Virus record (IMG/VR): IMGVR_UViG_3300022602_000058
Coordinates: 1 to 64,000 of that record
Reading direction: 5' to 3' (one strand)
From: a virus
Length of the DNA stretch: 64,000 nt
The notes beneath the pieces were generated by a model. It did no database searches. It saw only the letters and a program-made list of their open reading frames with translations, and had not been told where the DNA came from. How positions within the stretch are numbered: position 1 is the stretch's first letter; each line of letters begins with the position of its first letter. This document shows positions 14,598 to 24,693 of the stretch, piece after piece. Both the position numbers and the translations under genes were made by a program.

Positions 14598-15911
14598 ATG
14601 GCTAAGATCGATCATGATTATTTTGAAAATGTGTTAGTGTATAAAGCGCTGACTGATGAGATATATCTTGCTTCTATTGTCGATCATATAAAACCAATTT
14701 ATTTTAAGGATAAGGATATTAAACCTATCTTTGAGATTATTAAGGACTTCTTTAATCGACGAAATACTTGCCCGACTAATACAGAGATTAAAGCATGTTT
14801 AACAACAAAAGAACTCAAAGATTCATACATTAAAACTGTAGAGCGCTTTAAGGATATAGATAAAAATATGAATTCTGATGAGCTATATCAGAATACAGAA
14901 ACGTTCTTAAAAGAAAAAGCTGTATACCATACAATGTTAGAAGTTGTAGAAAAACCTGATATGGATACAGCAAAGATCTTAGAGAAGTTCGAGGCATCGT
15001 GTAATATCTCACTTACTACAGAACTAGGTCTAGATATGATTGATGATGTTGATAGGGTTATAGAAAGCCTTAGTTCACAAATTAACTACATTCCAACAGG
15101 ATGGACTTGGCTTGATGAGAAAATTGGTGGAGGCTTTCTACAAGATGGACGTTCGTTGTATGTTTTTACCGGTGAAACAAATATTGGTAAAAGCATATTC
15201 CTTGGCAATGTTGCACTAAACGTAGCTAAACAAGGTAAAAATGTATTACTTATTACCCTTGAAATGCCTGAAATTCTCTACGCACAGAGAATCGGATCGA
15301 ATATGACCAAGATTCCGTTGAGTAAGTTGAGAACAGAGCTACCAACTTTCAAGCAAGCGGTTGACGAGTATTCCGGAAATCATCCAGGCGCTAAGATCTT
15401 GATTAAAGAATTTCCTCCATCTACAATTACAGTAGGTTATCTACAGTCTTATATTAAGAAGCTTCGTAATAAGGGATTAAAGTTTGATGCAATTGTTCTT
15501 GATTATGTTAATCTTTTGACTTATCCAGGTGATGGAAATAGTTACGAAAAAGTCAAAAAGATAACCGAACAGCTGAGAGCACTGACTTATGTTTTTAACT
15601 GCCCGATTATTACTGCTACGCAGGTTAATAGGAGTGGATTTGGTGTAGCAGATCCTGGTATGGAAACAATCTCTGAAAGCTCTGGCTTAGCAATGACAGC
15701 AGACGTTATTATGAGTATATGGCAGGAAGCAACTGATAGAGAGCTTGGCGTAATTAAGATGGGTATGATGAAAAATCGCTTTGGTCAGAACTTCGGTCAA
15801 TGTATTTTACGTATTGATTATTCTACTTTAACTTTAACAGAAGATAGTCACTTAAATGATACTGAAGCATCAGCAAGTACAATTAACACACTCGCCGCCT
15901 TATCTTTATAA
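14598..15911 (+). CDS. gp41: Replicative DnaB-like helicase
   Basis: GETNIGKS Walker A, ITLEM, IKEFPP, LDYVNL, TATQVNRSG, SESSGL, KNRFG. Confidence 0.93.
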   Translation: MAKIDHDYFENVLVYKALTDEIYLASIVDHIKPIYFKDKDIKPIFEIIKDFFNRRNTCPTNTEIKACLTTKELKDSYIKTVERFKDIDKNMNSDELYQNTETFLKEKAVYHTMLEVVEKPDMDTAKILEKFEASCNISLTTELGLDMIDDVDRVIESLSSQINYIPTGWTWLDEKIGGGFLQDGRSLYVFTGETNIGKSIFLGNVALNVAKQGKNVLLITLEMPEILYAQRIGSNMTKIPLSKLRTELPTFKQAVDEYSGNHPGAKILIKEFPPSTITVGYLQSYIKKLRNKGLKFDAIVLDYVNLLTYPGDGNSYEKVKKITEQLRALTYVFNCPIITATQVNRSGFGVADPGMETISESSGLAMTADVIMSIWQEATDRELGVIKMGMMKNRFGQNFGQCILRIDYSTLTLTEDSHLNDTEASASTINTLAALSL

Positions 15912-15951
15912 ACATTGATTTAATCTAATTTATTATTAATTAGATATATTA

Positions 15952-16239
15952 ATGAAAGACTTAGATAATAATGTATCACTTGTAACATATGAACAAGAGC
16001 ACTTGTTTTTAGCGTTTTGCTCTTTCGTTACGTTAATACATGCTAAAAAGCTTAATCTTGCTAATGTTTTTCTATTGGTATTACAAAATAAAAAACTCCG
16101 CGATCTTTTTAAACTATATTGTGATGCAAACAATGATTTTGCAGTAGTACAAGCATTTCTTTCTTTTGATCCTAGCTTACATAAAAGCAAATATGTAATG
16201 AAATACTTGAATAATAATAAAAAGAAGATTACAATGTAG
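15952..16239 (+). CDS. Hypothetical protein
   Basis: Co-directional ORF filling the gap after gene 41. Confidence 0.55.
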   Translation: MKDLDNNVSLVTYEQEHLFLAFCSFVTLIHAKKLNLANVFLLVLQNKKLRDLFKLYCDANNDFAVVQAFLSFDPSLHKSKYVMKYLNNNKKKITM

Positions 16240-16241
16240 AG

Positions 16242-16898
16242 ATGGAATCATCTCTTACGGAGTTCGAAAAACATATTTATAATACTCATCTTCGAATCTC
16301 TCGTAGTAAGAAGGGGTTACCATTCAAATATAGAAAAGATTTTGATCATCTAAATGATGCCTATATTAACAGTTTAAAAAAGATATCAATATTCTTAGCT
16401 AAGTTTCCTCATATTAAACTTGAGAACTTTATAAAAGCACCATACGAAATTTATTCTGATCAGGATCATTTTGATTTAGATTACTACACGACACTTAAAG
16501 CGACAAAGGCATATACACTATACCAAAAAAGAATTGAAACACTTGACCCAGATTCAGAAGAACAGCTTTCTAATATTATCGAAGCTTTAAAGTTTATCTC
16601 AGTATTTTGCTTTGAAAATAATATACTCATTGACAACTATATTGAACATCAAACAAATAGTACACCGTCATATATCTTGCACCTTAAGGAACATAGAATA
16701 AATGTCTATACATTATTTGGATTTTCAAACTTTGAACAAAATATAAGAACTATTAATAACGAGCTTCTTGGTTTTATTCTCGGTGAAGATTTTACGAGTA
16801 ATCTTTCAGGCTTCCGATTCAAATTCTTTACTTCTAAAAAAGCAAAGAGATTAGTCGAACTTGGAATAGAAAAATTAAAAAATAAAAATACTGCTTGA
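16242..16898 (+). CDS. Hypothetical protein, possibly gp59-like helicase loader
   Basis: About 218 aa, basic and helical, directly upstream of gene 32 as gene 59 is in T4; function inferred from position only. Confidence 0.4.
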   Translation: MESSLTEFEKHIYNTHLRISRSKKGLPFKYRKDFDHLNDAYINSLKKISIFLAKFPHIKLENFIKAPYEIYSDQDHFDLDYYTTLKATKAYTLYQKRIETLDPDSEEQLSNIIEALKFISVFCFENNILIDNYIEHQTNSTPSYILHLKEHRINVYTLFGFSNFEQNIRTINNELLGFILGEDFTSNLSGFRFKFFTSKKAKRLVELGIEKLKNKNTA

Positions 16899-16937
16899 TT
16901 AAACTAAAACCACAACATATACTAAACAAAATTAACT

Positions 16938-17810
16938 ATGAGCTCCTCATTCACATCATCAATGTTCGATAGCATTAAGTCAGCCCTTACTAAGAATACC
17001 GAAGGCGGTAATACTAAGTTTAAGGACTATCTCCGCACAGAAGCTGGTAATACATATACGATCCGTCTTCTTCCAAACGTAAAGGATCCTAATAAGACCT
17101 TTCTACATTATTATTCTTACGCATGGAATAGCTTTGCCGATGGTAAGCTTATCAATGTAATTAGCCCTACTACCTGGGGTCAGCGCGATCCTATTGCCGA
17201 GGAGGGTTATCGTATCCGTAGAAATGGTACAGAAGAGGAAAAGGACAAAGCACGTGCCCTTAATCGTAAGGAAAACTGGCTTGTTAATGTCTATGTTGAA
17301 AATGACCCTGTTCATCCTGAGAATAACGGTACTATTAAGGTTCTTCGTTATGGTCGTCAGTTGAATAAGATTATTATGGACGCTATCGAAGGTGATGACG
17401 CTGCTGATTTTGGTGCTCGTATTTTTGATCTCTCGCCTAATGGCTGTAGTTTCCGTGTAAAGGTTGAGAAGCAAGGTGATTATCCAACTTACGTCTCTTC
17501 TAAATTTGCTCTTCCTAAGGCTATAGCTGGTCTTGACGAAGATTCATACGAAGAGATTTACAGCAATATCCTTGACCTTGAGTCATATCTAACTACTAAG
17601 AGTTATGACGAACTCAAGGAGATCCTTAATATGCACTACTTCTGTGTAGCTGACGTTGAAGAAAAAGAAGGACCAGTAGCTATTAAGTCTACTCCTGCGC
17701 CACAGCAAGCTCCTAAACCGGTTGTTGAAGCTTCAGCACCTAAGAAGCCAGCACCTGCTAGTCTTGATGATGATTCAATCGCTGATCTTCTCAAGGGACT
17801 TGAAGACTAA
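16938..17810 (+). CDS. gp32: Single-stranded DNA-binding protein
   Basis: IRLLP, NVYVENDPVHPENNGTIK, GCSFRVK, YVSSKF, acidic C-terminal tail. Confidence 0.88.
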   Translation: MSSSFTSSMFDSIKSALTKNTEGGNTKFKDYLRTEAGNTYTIRLLPNVKDPNKTFLHYYSYAWNSFADGKLINVISPTTWGQRDPIAEEGYRIRRNGTEEEKDKARALNRKENWLVNVYVENDPVHPENNGTIKVLRYGRQLNKIIMDAIEGDDAADFGARIFDLSPNGCSFRVKVEKQGDYPTYVSSKFALPKAIAGLDEDSYEEIYSNILDLESYLTTKSYDELKEILNMHYFCVADVEEKEGPVAIKSTPAPQQAPKPVVEASAPKKPAPASLDDDSIADLLKGLED

Positions 17811-18256
17811 TGGAAACCTTTAACGATAATTTATCGCCAGAAGAGCTTAAGATGCTGACCCTTCAGTTTATGGGTCAGCATTTAACTGGTGAACTAAAAG
17901 AGCTTGATAAAAATTTAATTAGTAAAACTAATACATTAAAAGGTGCGGATTTAAATCCGCACGCTGTTATTAATTCTATTAATAATGTCATACCACAGCA
18001 ACATGCTCCAACACAGGTATCTCAACCTTCACCAGATACCGTAATTACTCCAGCTATTCAAACTGCCCCTGCTGCTCAACAACAGGCCGTTCAGCAATTA
18101 GTTCAGCCCACCGTTGACCAAAGTCAGCTTGAATTTAGCTTCGAAACGAGTCCACTCTCACAACGTATTTTTGATTTTCTCGAGCGTATTGAAAGAAAGC
18201 TTTCTCTTATTGATGAGAGACTTAACGATCTTGAGGATACTAAAAAAAAGGATTGA
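17810..18256 (+). CDS. Hypothetical protein (Gln/Pro-rich linker, C-terminal coiled coil)
   Basis: Coupled to gene 32 by TAATG. Confidence 0.55.
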   Translation: METFNDNLSPEELKMLTLQFMGQHLTGELKELDKNLISKTNTLKGADLNPHAVINSINNVIPQQHAPTQVSQPSPDTVITPAIQTAPAAQQQAVQQLVQPTVDQSQLEFSFETSPLSQRIFDFLERIERKLSLIDERLNDLEDTKKKD

Positions 18257-18298
18257 TATATCGCTTGTTTAAGCGTATAAAGAGTATATTATAAGGTA

Positions 18299-19033
18299 AT
18301 GATTTTAACTATACCTGATAGAGAAGATTTTCTTAATAACTTTCTGACACCTCTTAGCCGTGTAGCCGATAGTGCAGTACTTAAATTACAAACAAACGGT
18401 GTCTCGTCTATTATTACGACGAGCGACAATACGCTAGTTGTTCATGCAACATATAAGAATATTCTATCAGGTGTAGAAAAAAATCTTAATATACCAGATG
18501 TAAAAAAACTTTGTCGTGTTCTTTCCTGTATTGAAGATAAGGGCTGTGTATTAGACATTTCAGCAAATCATATTGGTTTTGAATCTGCTACCGTTCGATT
18601 CAAATATTATCTTTACGAAGATAATATTATTAAAACACCTAAGCAGATTAATTTAGAGAAATTAAAGGAGTTACCTTTTGATGGTAAATTTACAATTCCT
18701 TTTACATCTGTTACATCTCTTATTAAGGGTAGTTCAATAGCAACAGAAACAAATAAGATCTATATTTCATTTAAGGGTAGTGATGTATTTGGTGAGTTAA
18801 CTGATAAGACAAGAGCAAATACAGATTCATACGGTATTAATATTTCATCTGACTTTATTGGAGATAATATTAGTTTGCAGATACCGTTGAATTTTGAATT
18901 ATTTAGAATAATTTCTTGTATGAAATACAAGGTATTAGAAGCTAATATATGCTCTAAGAGAGGGGTATTAACACTTGATACCGGTACAGAGACAACAGGA
19001 ATGAAATTTATTGTCTCGGCACTACAAAACTAA
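18299..19033 (+). CDS. gp45: Sliding clamp (gp45/PCNA-like)
   Basis: 244 aa with a clamp-like alternating alpha/beta pattern (LNIPDVKKL, FKYYL, KFIVSAL) in a replication cluster. Confidence 0.65.
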   Translation: MILTIPDREDFLNNFLTPLSRVADSAVLKLQTNGVSSIITTSDNTLVVHATYKNILSGVEKNLNIPDVKKLCRVLSCIEDKGCVLDISANHIGFESATVRFKYYLYEDNIIKTPKQINLEKLKELPFDGKFTIPFTSVTSLIKGSSIATETNKIYISFKGSDVFGELTDKTRANTDSYGINISSDFIGDNISLQIPLNFELFRIISCMKYKVLEANICSKRGVLTLDTGTETTGMKFIVSALQN

Positions 19034-19041
19034 TTTACTTT

Positions 19042-19443
19042 ATGAGCAACAACAAACTAAAAACACCAGGTTATTTTATTAAACGTCTACGAGATAATGG
19101 CTTTGTTGTTATTCGATTATTTTCTGTCTACGCAAAACAAGATCCTCGCCGCTGGACGGTTTTAGTAAATCCTAGTGAACGTTCAGTCATGATCACTTGT
19201 TATTATAATAAGAGTGAACTCGGCGAAATCTTATTTGAGATTAATGACGGCGGTCGTGAGATACCTAAGAATTATAGTATAAAGACAGATAGTATTGAAG
19301 TAATTATTGATTATTTGATTACACATGGTGTATCTAATAATATTGATTATCACGGAAAATCTCGATACCTTGTCAAAAGAATAAATAATAGTAATGAGCG
19401 AGAAACGCCCGAACAACAAGGAGAAGAAAGTGAGGAAAGCTGA
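19042..19443 (+). CDS. Hypothetical protein
   Basis: Co-directional ORF. Confidence 0.55.
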   Translation: MSNNKLKTPGYFIKRLRDNGFVVIRLFSVYAKQDPRRWTVLVNPSERSVMITCYYNKSELGEILFEINDGGREIPKNYSIKTDSIEVIIDYLITHGVSNNIDYHGKSRYLVKRINNSNERETPEQQGEESEES

Positions 19444-19729
19444 TCCAAAATTAAATAATGAGGATAAAGAGATTCTAAAAAAAGCTATGATTTCTGCTCT
19501 CCAGGAAAATCTTGATGAGCGTAATCATGGTATTAAAAAAGATTTGCGAGCGTTATCAACTACTGTAGAAGAATATCTCTCGTCATTTATTATCCTCGGA
19601 TATACATTTAACGGTGAACCAGTACAGTGCATCTCAGCTCATAATCAGCAAGAAGCAGATTCATTAGTGACTTTAATTAATAAGTTTTTTCATAATCATA
19701 TTGAAAATGAATCTTCTGAACAAGATTAA
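19394..19729 (+). CDS. Hypothetical protein, late promoter
   Basis: TAAATA at 19382-19387, 6 nt before ATG. Confidence 0.55.
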   Translation: MSEKRPNNKEKKVRKADPKLNNEDKEILKKAMISALQENLDERNHGIKKDLRALSTTVEEYLSSFIILGYTFNGEPVQCISAHNQQEADSLVTLINKFFHNHIENESSEQD

Positions 19730-20012
19730 GCTTAGATCAAGTCATCCAAAGCAGCCTTTTATATATGCAGTAACTGCAGGTAAGTATCTTGGCGAATTAC
19801 TTGTTTACGTCGAGACAAAAGAAACGGATTACGCTTTTTTAACCTTACCTAATATGAATATTAGGCATATACCTATTGAAAAATTTGAATCTGGTTTAAA
19901 GGATAAGATTGTTGAAGTAGTAGAGAAATTACCCTCTTTTGTACATAAGACCTGCATTCAGCAATATAATAAGAATAAAACAACATTAGCATTTAAACAT
20001 ACAGAGGATTAA
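19701..20012 (+). CDS. Hypothetical protein
   Basis: Co-directional ORF; start may be the ATG at 19707. Confidence 0.5.
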   Translation: MKMNLLNKIKLRSSHPKQPFIYAVTAGKYLGELLVYVETKETDYAFLTLPNMNIRHIPIEKFESGLKDKIVEVVEKLPSFVHKTCIQQYNKNKTTLAFKHTED

Positions 20013-20020
20013 ATACTGTT

Positions 20021-20209
20021 ATGGACACAATTCAACCAAAGGTCATTGCATCGCCTGTTAGCGGTGAACCAATAAGACCTAGACTCAAGACATATATTCG
20101 CGACAACCAAGAAATTGTTGAAGCAGAGTATATTTGTCCTGCTTCTGGGAAGTTCATTCGTAAGGGTGTTGTATCAGTTAGAGATCTAAATAAACCTGAA
20201 GCCCGGTAA
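20021..20209 (+). CDS. Small hypothetical protein, degenerate zinc-ribbon-like (SPVSG/CPASG)
   Basis: TAAATA at 20010-20015, 5 nt before ATG. Confidence 0.55.
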   Translation: MDTIQPKVIASPVSGEPIRPRLKTYIRDNQEIVEAEYICPASGKFIRKGVVSVRDLNKPEAR

Positions 20210-20252
20210 AATTATTCTTGTAATTAGCTAGACTAGCAATTATATTGATAGT

Positions 20253-21287
20253 GTGGTACTTCCTCAGGAATATATAGTTCAGAAATTTTATCAATACGCA
20301 GGTTATCCTAAGTATAAAAAATCCTCAAATACCTATGAGGCAGGTTGTCCGATTTGTCGTGAAGGTGCCTCTTGGTTAAAGAAGCGTAGATGTTATTATC
20401 TTGTTGAAGATAGTATAATTTGTTGTCATAATTGTGGTTGGTTTAGCAAGCCATTGAAATGGATTCAAGAGGTTGCTGGACAAACATATGATGAGATTAT
20501 AAAGGAAGTAAGAACGTACGATATTCTCCCGGAGGATATTTCGCATGAGGATATACCTCTTCAACCACAAAAAGTAAATGACAAGTTGCCACTAGATTGC
20601 ATTAATCTTTTTGATACTAATCAAACAGAATATCATAAAAACAACCCTATCGTACAAAAGGCACTAGAGCTAATTAAGAAAAGAAAACTCGATACAGCTA
20701 TTAATAGACCGAGTTCTCTTTGGTTGTCGTTAACTGATAAAATACATAAAAATCGACTAATCATACCATTTTATAACGAAAAAGAAGATATTATATTTTA
20801 TCAGTCTAGAACAATCATCAATCAACCTAATGATAGGCTACCGAAGTATCTAAGTAAAATTAATGGTGAAAAGGCTTTATTTAACTTAGATAAGATTAAT
20901 CCTGAACTAGACTATATTTTTATCTTCGAAGGTCCAATTGATGCGTTTTTTGTTAAAAATGGGACAGCTGTAGCTGGTATACAGGAAAACAGTAACAATA
21001 CATTTTCATCACTACAACAGTCACAAATTAATATCTTTAAATTGGCCAAGACAATATGGGTTCTAGATAGTCAATGGCTAGATTCAGCCAGTAAAATTAA
21101 AACAAAACGTTTAATAGATCAGGGAGAAACGGTTTTTATCTGGCCGGAAAAGGTTGGTACACGATATAAGGATTTCAATGACGCTTGTATAGCGGCTAAT
21201 ATTAATGAAATATCGTCGAAGTTTATATTAGATAACTCTTATTCCGGACTTAAAGCCAAACTCCTTATGTCGGAGATTAAATCTTAG
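20253..21287 (+). CDS. gp61: DNA primase
   Basis: CPIC...CHNC zinc finger, RLIIPF, YQSR, PKYL, FEGPIDAFF TOPRIM, KDFND. Confidence 0.92.
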   Translation: MVLPQEYIVQKFYQYAGYPKYKKSSNTYEAGCPICREGASWLKKRRCYYLVEDSIICCHNCGWFSKPLKWIQEVAGQTYDEIIKEVRTYDILPEDISHEDIPLQPQKVNDKLPLDCINLFDTNQTEYHKNNPIVQKALELIKKRKLDTAINRPSSLWLSLTDKIHKNRLIIPFYNEKEDIIFYQSRTIINQPNDRLPKYLSKINGEKALFNLDKINPELDYIFIFEGPIDAFFVKNGTAVAGIQENSNNTFSSLQQSQINIFKLAKTIWVLDSQWLDSASKIKTKRLIDQGETVFIWPEKVGTRYKDFNDACIAANINEISSKFILDNSYSGLKAKLLMSEIKS

Positions 21288-21691
21288 TCATTTGCTGAGG
21301 CAAGATATCCCTTAAGAGACTGACTAAGGGTACCGAGATCTGCTGCAAGACGCGCAATCTTCTTCTTTTCACTTCTCGCAATGTCCTCAAACATCGTATC
21401 GCAAGGCGCTGAATGTAATTGAATTTGTACGGAGTTACTCTTTGTATCGTTAAGAAAAATAACAAATTCATCTATTTTCTCAATCCAACTATTCAATGTA
21501 TTAATTTGATCAATCTTAACATGATCAATGCGCTGCTGTCTTTCAGCAGCCTTTACATCAAAGTCAGAAGGCTTTGCAGTATCAAGCTGCTGTGCCATGG
21601 CGTCTTTATCTGTTGCAGGTGGCTGTACCTCTGGAGCTGGTGCTTCATCTGCTTCTAGAATATAATCGAACCTTGACTTAAAATAACTCAT
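21284..21691 (-). CDS. Late-expressed hypothetical protein
   Basis: TATAAATA at 21697-21704, 5 nt before ATG; N-terminus MSYFKSRFDYILEA. Confidence 0.6.
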   Translation of the reverse strand: MSYFKSRFDYILEADEAPAPEVQPPATDKDAMAQQLDTAKPSDFDVKAAERQQRIDHVKIDQINTLNSWIEKIDEFVIFLNDTKSNSVQIQLHSAPCDTMFEDIARSEKKKIARLAADLGTLSQSLKGYLASAND

Positions 21692-21725
21692 AATAGTATT
21701 TATAGCCGCGATTAAATAATTTCAC

Positions 21726-22112
21726 ATGAAAAAGAAAGTTGTATTTGAAGACACAGTTTCGGTATATAATAAATGGGTTTCAGGTCAAGCTTCACGTGAA
21801 TTTAGTGCAATTAAAATGAAGTTTAGTGACTTGTTAGGCGATGATAAAGGTAAGAATACACAAAGCCCAAACGATGCTCGTGCAAATAATGTACTTCCTT
21901 TCCCGCTACCGAATACTGCATCAATTCTTGGGGATTTGCTCACTAACACGACAAATGCTATTGGCGCATATAAAGACGCATTAAAAAACCCGCTTGTAAG
22001 AGAAGATGAACAAGCCAGAAAAGAAATAGAAAATATTGTTATTTGCCTTAAAAAGTCCTTAATTGAGCTCAGAGGTATTTTTGAAGTCGTTGAAGATAGT
22101 GCAAGCAAATAA
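21726..22112 (+). CDS. Late-expressed hypothetical protein
   Basis: TAAATA at 21713-21718. Confidence 0.55.
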   Translation: MKKKVVFEDTVSVYNKWVSGQASREFSAIKMKFSDLLGDDKGKNTQSPNDARANNVLPFPLPNTASILGDLLTNTTNAIGAYKDALKNPLVREDEQARKEIENIVICLKKSLIELRGIFEVVEDSASK

Positions 22113-22150
22113 GCTTGATTTTTAACAAAACTTACGTTATAATAATAACG

Positions 22151-22582
22151 ATGCTTAGTAGACTTTTAATTCAGCTTACAGCACTTATTGCTGTATCAAT
22201 TTTATTTGGACTTGTTCTTGGACAGTTTCATGTAAATTTACTTTACAGTATACCACTTGGTATAATCATACAATTCGGCATATATTACGCTTATATTACT
22301 GCGCTTAATGCTTACGTTGAACTTAAAAATAAAAAACTTGAGAACGAAAGAATTAAAGAATTTAGCTTACAAGGCTTAGAAGTTACATGCCCATGTGCGT
22401 TAAAGAAAACAGAGTTTGTACCAATCGTATTGAACACACCTAATACATATAAGTGTGATTTCTGTCAAAAGAATGTAAGTGTCTATATCGTTCCTGAGAC
22501 AGCAATGATCACTGAAACACTTGCAAACATGACTTTACCTACTGAGATGCCTCTACCTCAATTTGATAATGGAAATTCCTGA
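22151..22582 (+). CDS. Membrane protein with two TM helices and a C-terminal Cys4 zinc-finger-like motif
   Basis: Two hydrophobic segments, CPC...CDFC; start moved to ATG 22151 after TTGATT-17nt-TATAAT (22115-22143). Confidence 0.6.
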   Translation: MLSRLLIQLTALIAVSILFGLVLGQFHVNLLYSIPLGIIIQFGIYYAYITALNAYVELKNKKLENERIKEFSLQGLEVTCPCALKKTEFVPIVLNTPNTYKCDFCQKNVSVYIVPETAMITETLANMTLPTEMPLPQFDNGNS

Positions 22583-23027
22583 AAGTATTAATAACCTTAC
22601 TACAGAAGTAGTAGCTAGTCAACTTGCTGCATCTAATGTGCAAATGCAAGTAAATCTCAATAATATTATTGATTTGATCCGTCAGCAATTACCTTATTAT
22701 GACAATAAGGCATTTGACGAAGGTCTAGCTTTCTATAAAAAAGACACAAGTTCAGATAAAGACTTTACTAGGAACTTATGTTATCTTTTTTGTGAAACGC
22801 TTACAAAGGCTATTAAGACGTCTTCTATTGCCGATGATAACAAAGCTGAAGTAGAGCGAGCAATTACTTCAAGTATTGATGGTATAATTCAAAATATTGA
22901 AGGAATATACCGTCTTATACGGTTTTTAAATAGTGATAAGAATATTATTGACGTTCAAAAAATTTCATGCATAATACTCGGATATGTCATCGACACCATT
23001 AAACGAAAAAACGTCACTAAAAACTGA
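22563..23027 (+). CDS. Hypothetical protein
   Basis: Co-directional ORF; start may be ATG 22569. Confidence 0.5.
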   Translation: MIMEIPESINNLTTEVVASQLAASNVQMQVNLNNIIDLIRQQLPYYDNKAFDEGLAFYKKDTSSDKDFTRNLCYLFCETLTKAIKTSSIADDNKAEVERAITSSIDGIIQNIEGIYRLIRFLNSDKNIIDVQKISCIILGYVIDTIKRKNVTKN

Positions 23028-23295
23028 ACTTAATAAGAATAACATGTCATACGACGAGTATGCACGTTGGCTATGTCTTCTTGAAGGTATTGAATTAGTA
23101 GGTAAGCGTGAGGAGCAACTTAAACGTCGCACAGGTGTTAACGATATTGATTGGATCAAGCCTTTAGCTTTTCAAAAATATATTGATGAGCGCTTTCTGT
23201 CAATGAAATCAGATCTTGATGAAATTGAACTTAACAATGCAATTACTGCCCCAACACTTACATGCACTACATCATTGGTACCAGCTTTAGCGTAA
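22984..23295 (+). CDS. Hypothetical protein
   Basis: Co-directional overlapping ORF. Confidence 0.5.
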   Translation: MSSTPLNEKTSLKTELNKNNMSYDEYARWLCLLEGIELVGKREEQLKRRTGVNDIDWIKPLAFQKYIDERFLSMKSDLDEIELNNAITAPTLTCTTSLVPALA

Positions 23296-23537
23296 AGGCT
23301 GATCCCCGTCGTGGGTTTAGATCTTTAGAGAATCAATTTAATACAAATATATTGTATAAACTCGTCAATATAACTGTTGACGCAAACAACACGCTTGCAT
23401 ATAGATTCGATGGAGTTGATGGCTCGCGTGTTGTGTTAAACTTTGATGCAAGTAAAAACGCTGATAATTTTATTGCAAAGCTACGTAATGAAAGTTTACC
23501 GGATTATAGCAAAAACCTCGGTAAAATAGACATTTAA
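23262..23537 (+). CDS. Hypothetical protein
   Basis: Co-directional ORF ending in a 4-nt overlap with gene 14. Confidence 0.5.
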   Translation: MHYIIGTSFSVKADPRRGFRSLENQFNTNILYKLVNITVDANNTLAYRFDGVDGSRVVLNFDASKNADNFIAKLRNESLPDYSKNLGKIDI

Positions 23538-24274
23538 GCATATCCGCCGTATACACTATCATAGTCTGTTTTTGAATAATCGAAAACTTTTTGTGATGCA
23601 ATATCAGCGCTATAACTATATGGCTTTTGTGTGCCAGAAGCTGTAGGATTTAATGTATCATCATATACTTGCTGATTAACTGCTTCACCGGATAAGCCAG
23701 GTTCAAAAGACCATTCAAAACGTTTTGCTTTAATTAACCAAACATAGTGACCGGCTAGAGGATTGATTTGTGCTATATCTTGATCAAGTCGCTCTGTAAT
23801 TTCATAAAAATTACCATCTCTACCTTCGACACGATCACTGCCGTACTCAGACATTTGAAATACATCTCCTGACTTTGGCTCAGAGCCAGCACCGAAAACA
23901 CTATAAAAGCCTTTATAGGGGACAAACGCTGTTATTTCATCATCTGATATAAGACCATACTTACTAAGCATAACAGCGTTTTCATTTAGATTAACAGCTA
24001 GAATAATAGGGAGTGGAGGTGCAAATTGTTGAGTTGGCTGCTCACCATAAAGCATATCTGCCGATAAAGTACTGAATGTATTCACATAATATTGTACTTG
24101 TTGGCCATACTGACTGATCTGCTCTTGCCAATAAGTCTCATAAAGAATACGCTCGTTCTGATTATTATTTTTATCAGTAAAGCGAAAGCAAGGATTGGTC
24201 TGATAGTTTATACTCGCAGGGTAAATCTGAGGTGTATTATTACCTGTATAAAAATCTTTTGTAGGTATTGTCAT
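23534..24274 (-). CDS. gp14: Neck (head completion) protein
   Basis: EQISQYGQQVQYY, LYGE, LSKYGL..DDEIT, PKSGDV and FEWSFE resemble gp14. Confidence 0.7.
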   Translation of the reverse strand: MTIPTKDFYTGNNTPQIYPASINYQTNPCFRFTDKNNNQNERILYETYWQEQISQYGQQVQYYVNTFSTLSADMLYGEQPTQQFAPPLPIILAVNLNENAVMLSKYGLISDDEITAFVPYKGFYSVFGAGSEPKSGDVFQMSEYGSDRVEGRDGNFYEITERLDQDIAQINPLAGHYVWLIKAKRFEWSFEPGLSGEAVNQQVYDDTLNPTASGTQKPYSYSADIASQKVFDYSKTDYDSVYGGYA

Positions 24275-24621
24275 TACTTTGTTAGGGTAAAAAACCCCGG
24301 TTCATGATGTGGAGCTAAGAAGATACCTGTATTACCTAAATTGCCTCGAAAATCATTAAGCTTGAATTGATCTTTAAGTTTACGTGCTTTAAGTAATGTT
24401 ATTGTTTTTGTACCAGAATTCATCCGTTTAAGAGCTTCGAATTCTTGAACAGCATTGTTATCAGATTTACAATACTCAGGTACAGTCTTACCACCTGTTG
24501 CAGAATGGGTATTGACATCGGGTATAATATCAGCCATATGCCGATGTTTTCTTAGTTCACCGGTTTTTTTATTAATATGAGGATTAAACACCTCATTAAA
24601 AAAATCTTTAAAGCTATTCAC
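24274..24621 (-). CDS. Late-expressed hypothetical protein
   Basis: TATAAATA 5 nt before GTG 24621; N-terminus MNSFKDFFNE. Confidence 0.55.
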   Translation of the reverse strand: MNSFKDFFNEVFNPHINKKTGELRKHRHMADIIPDVNTHSATGGKTVPEYCKSDNNAVQEFEALKRMNSGTKTITLLKARKLKDQFKLNDFRGNLGNTGIFLAPHHEPGFFTLTK

Positions 24622-24635
24622 CAAAGTATTTATAC

Positions 24636-24666
24636 AAAAAAAAGGGCCTTATTACTAAGGCCCTTT
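24636..24666 (-). terminator. Rho-independent terminator for the 24694-25566 gene
   Basis: aaagggcctta-ttac-taaggcccttt hairpin with an A run that reads as a U tract on the minus strand. Confidence 0.85.
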
Positions 24667-24693
24667 AATTTATAATCTATTTTTTACTTAAAC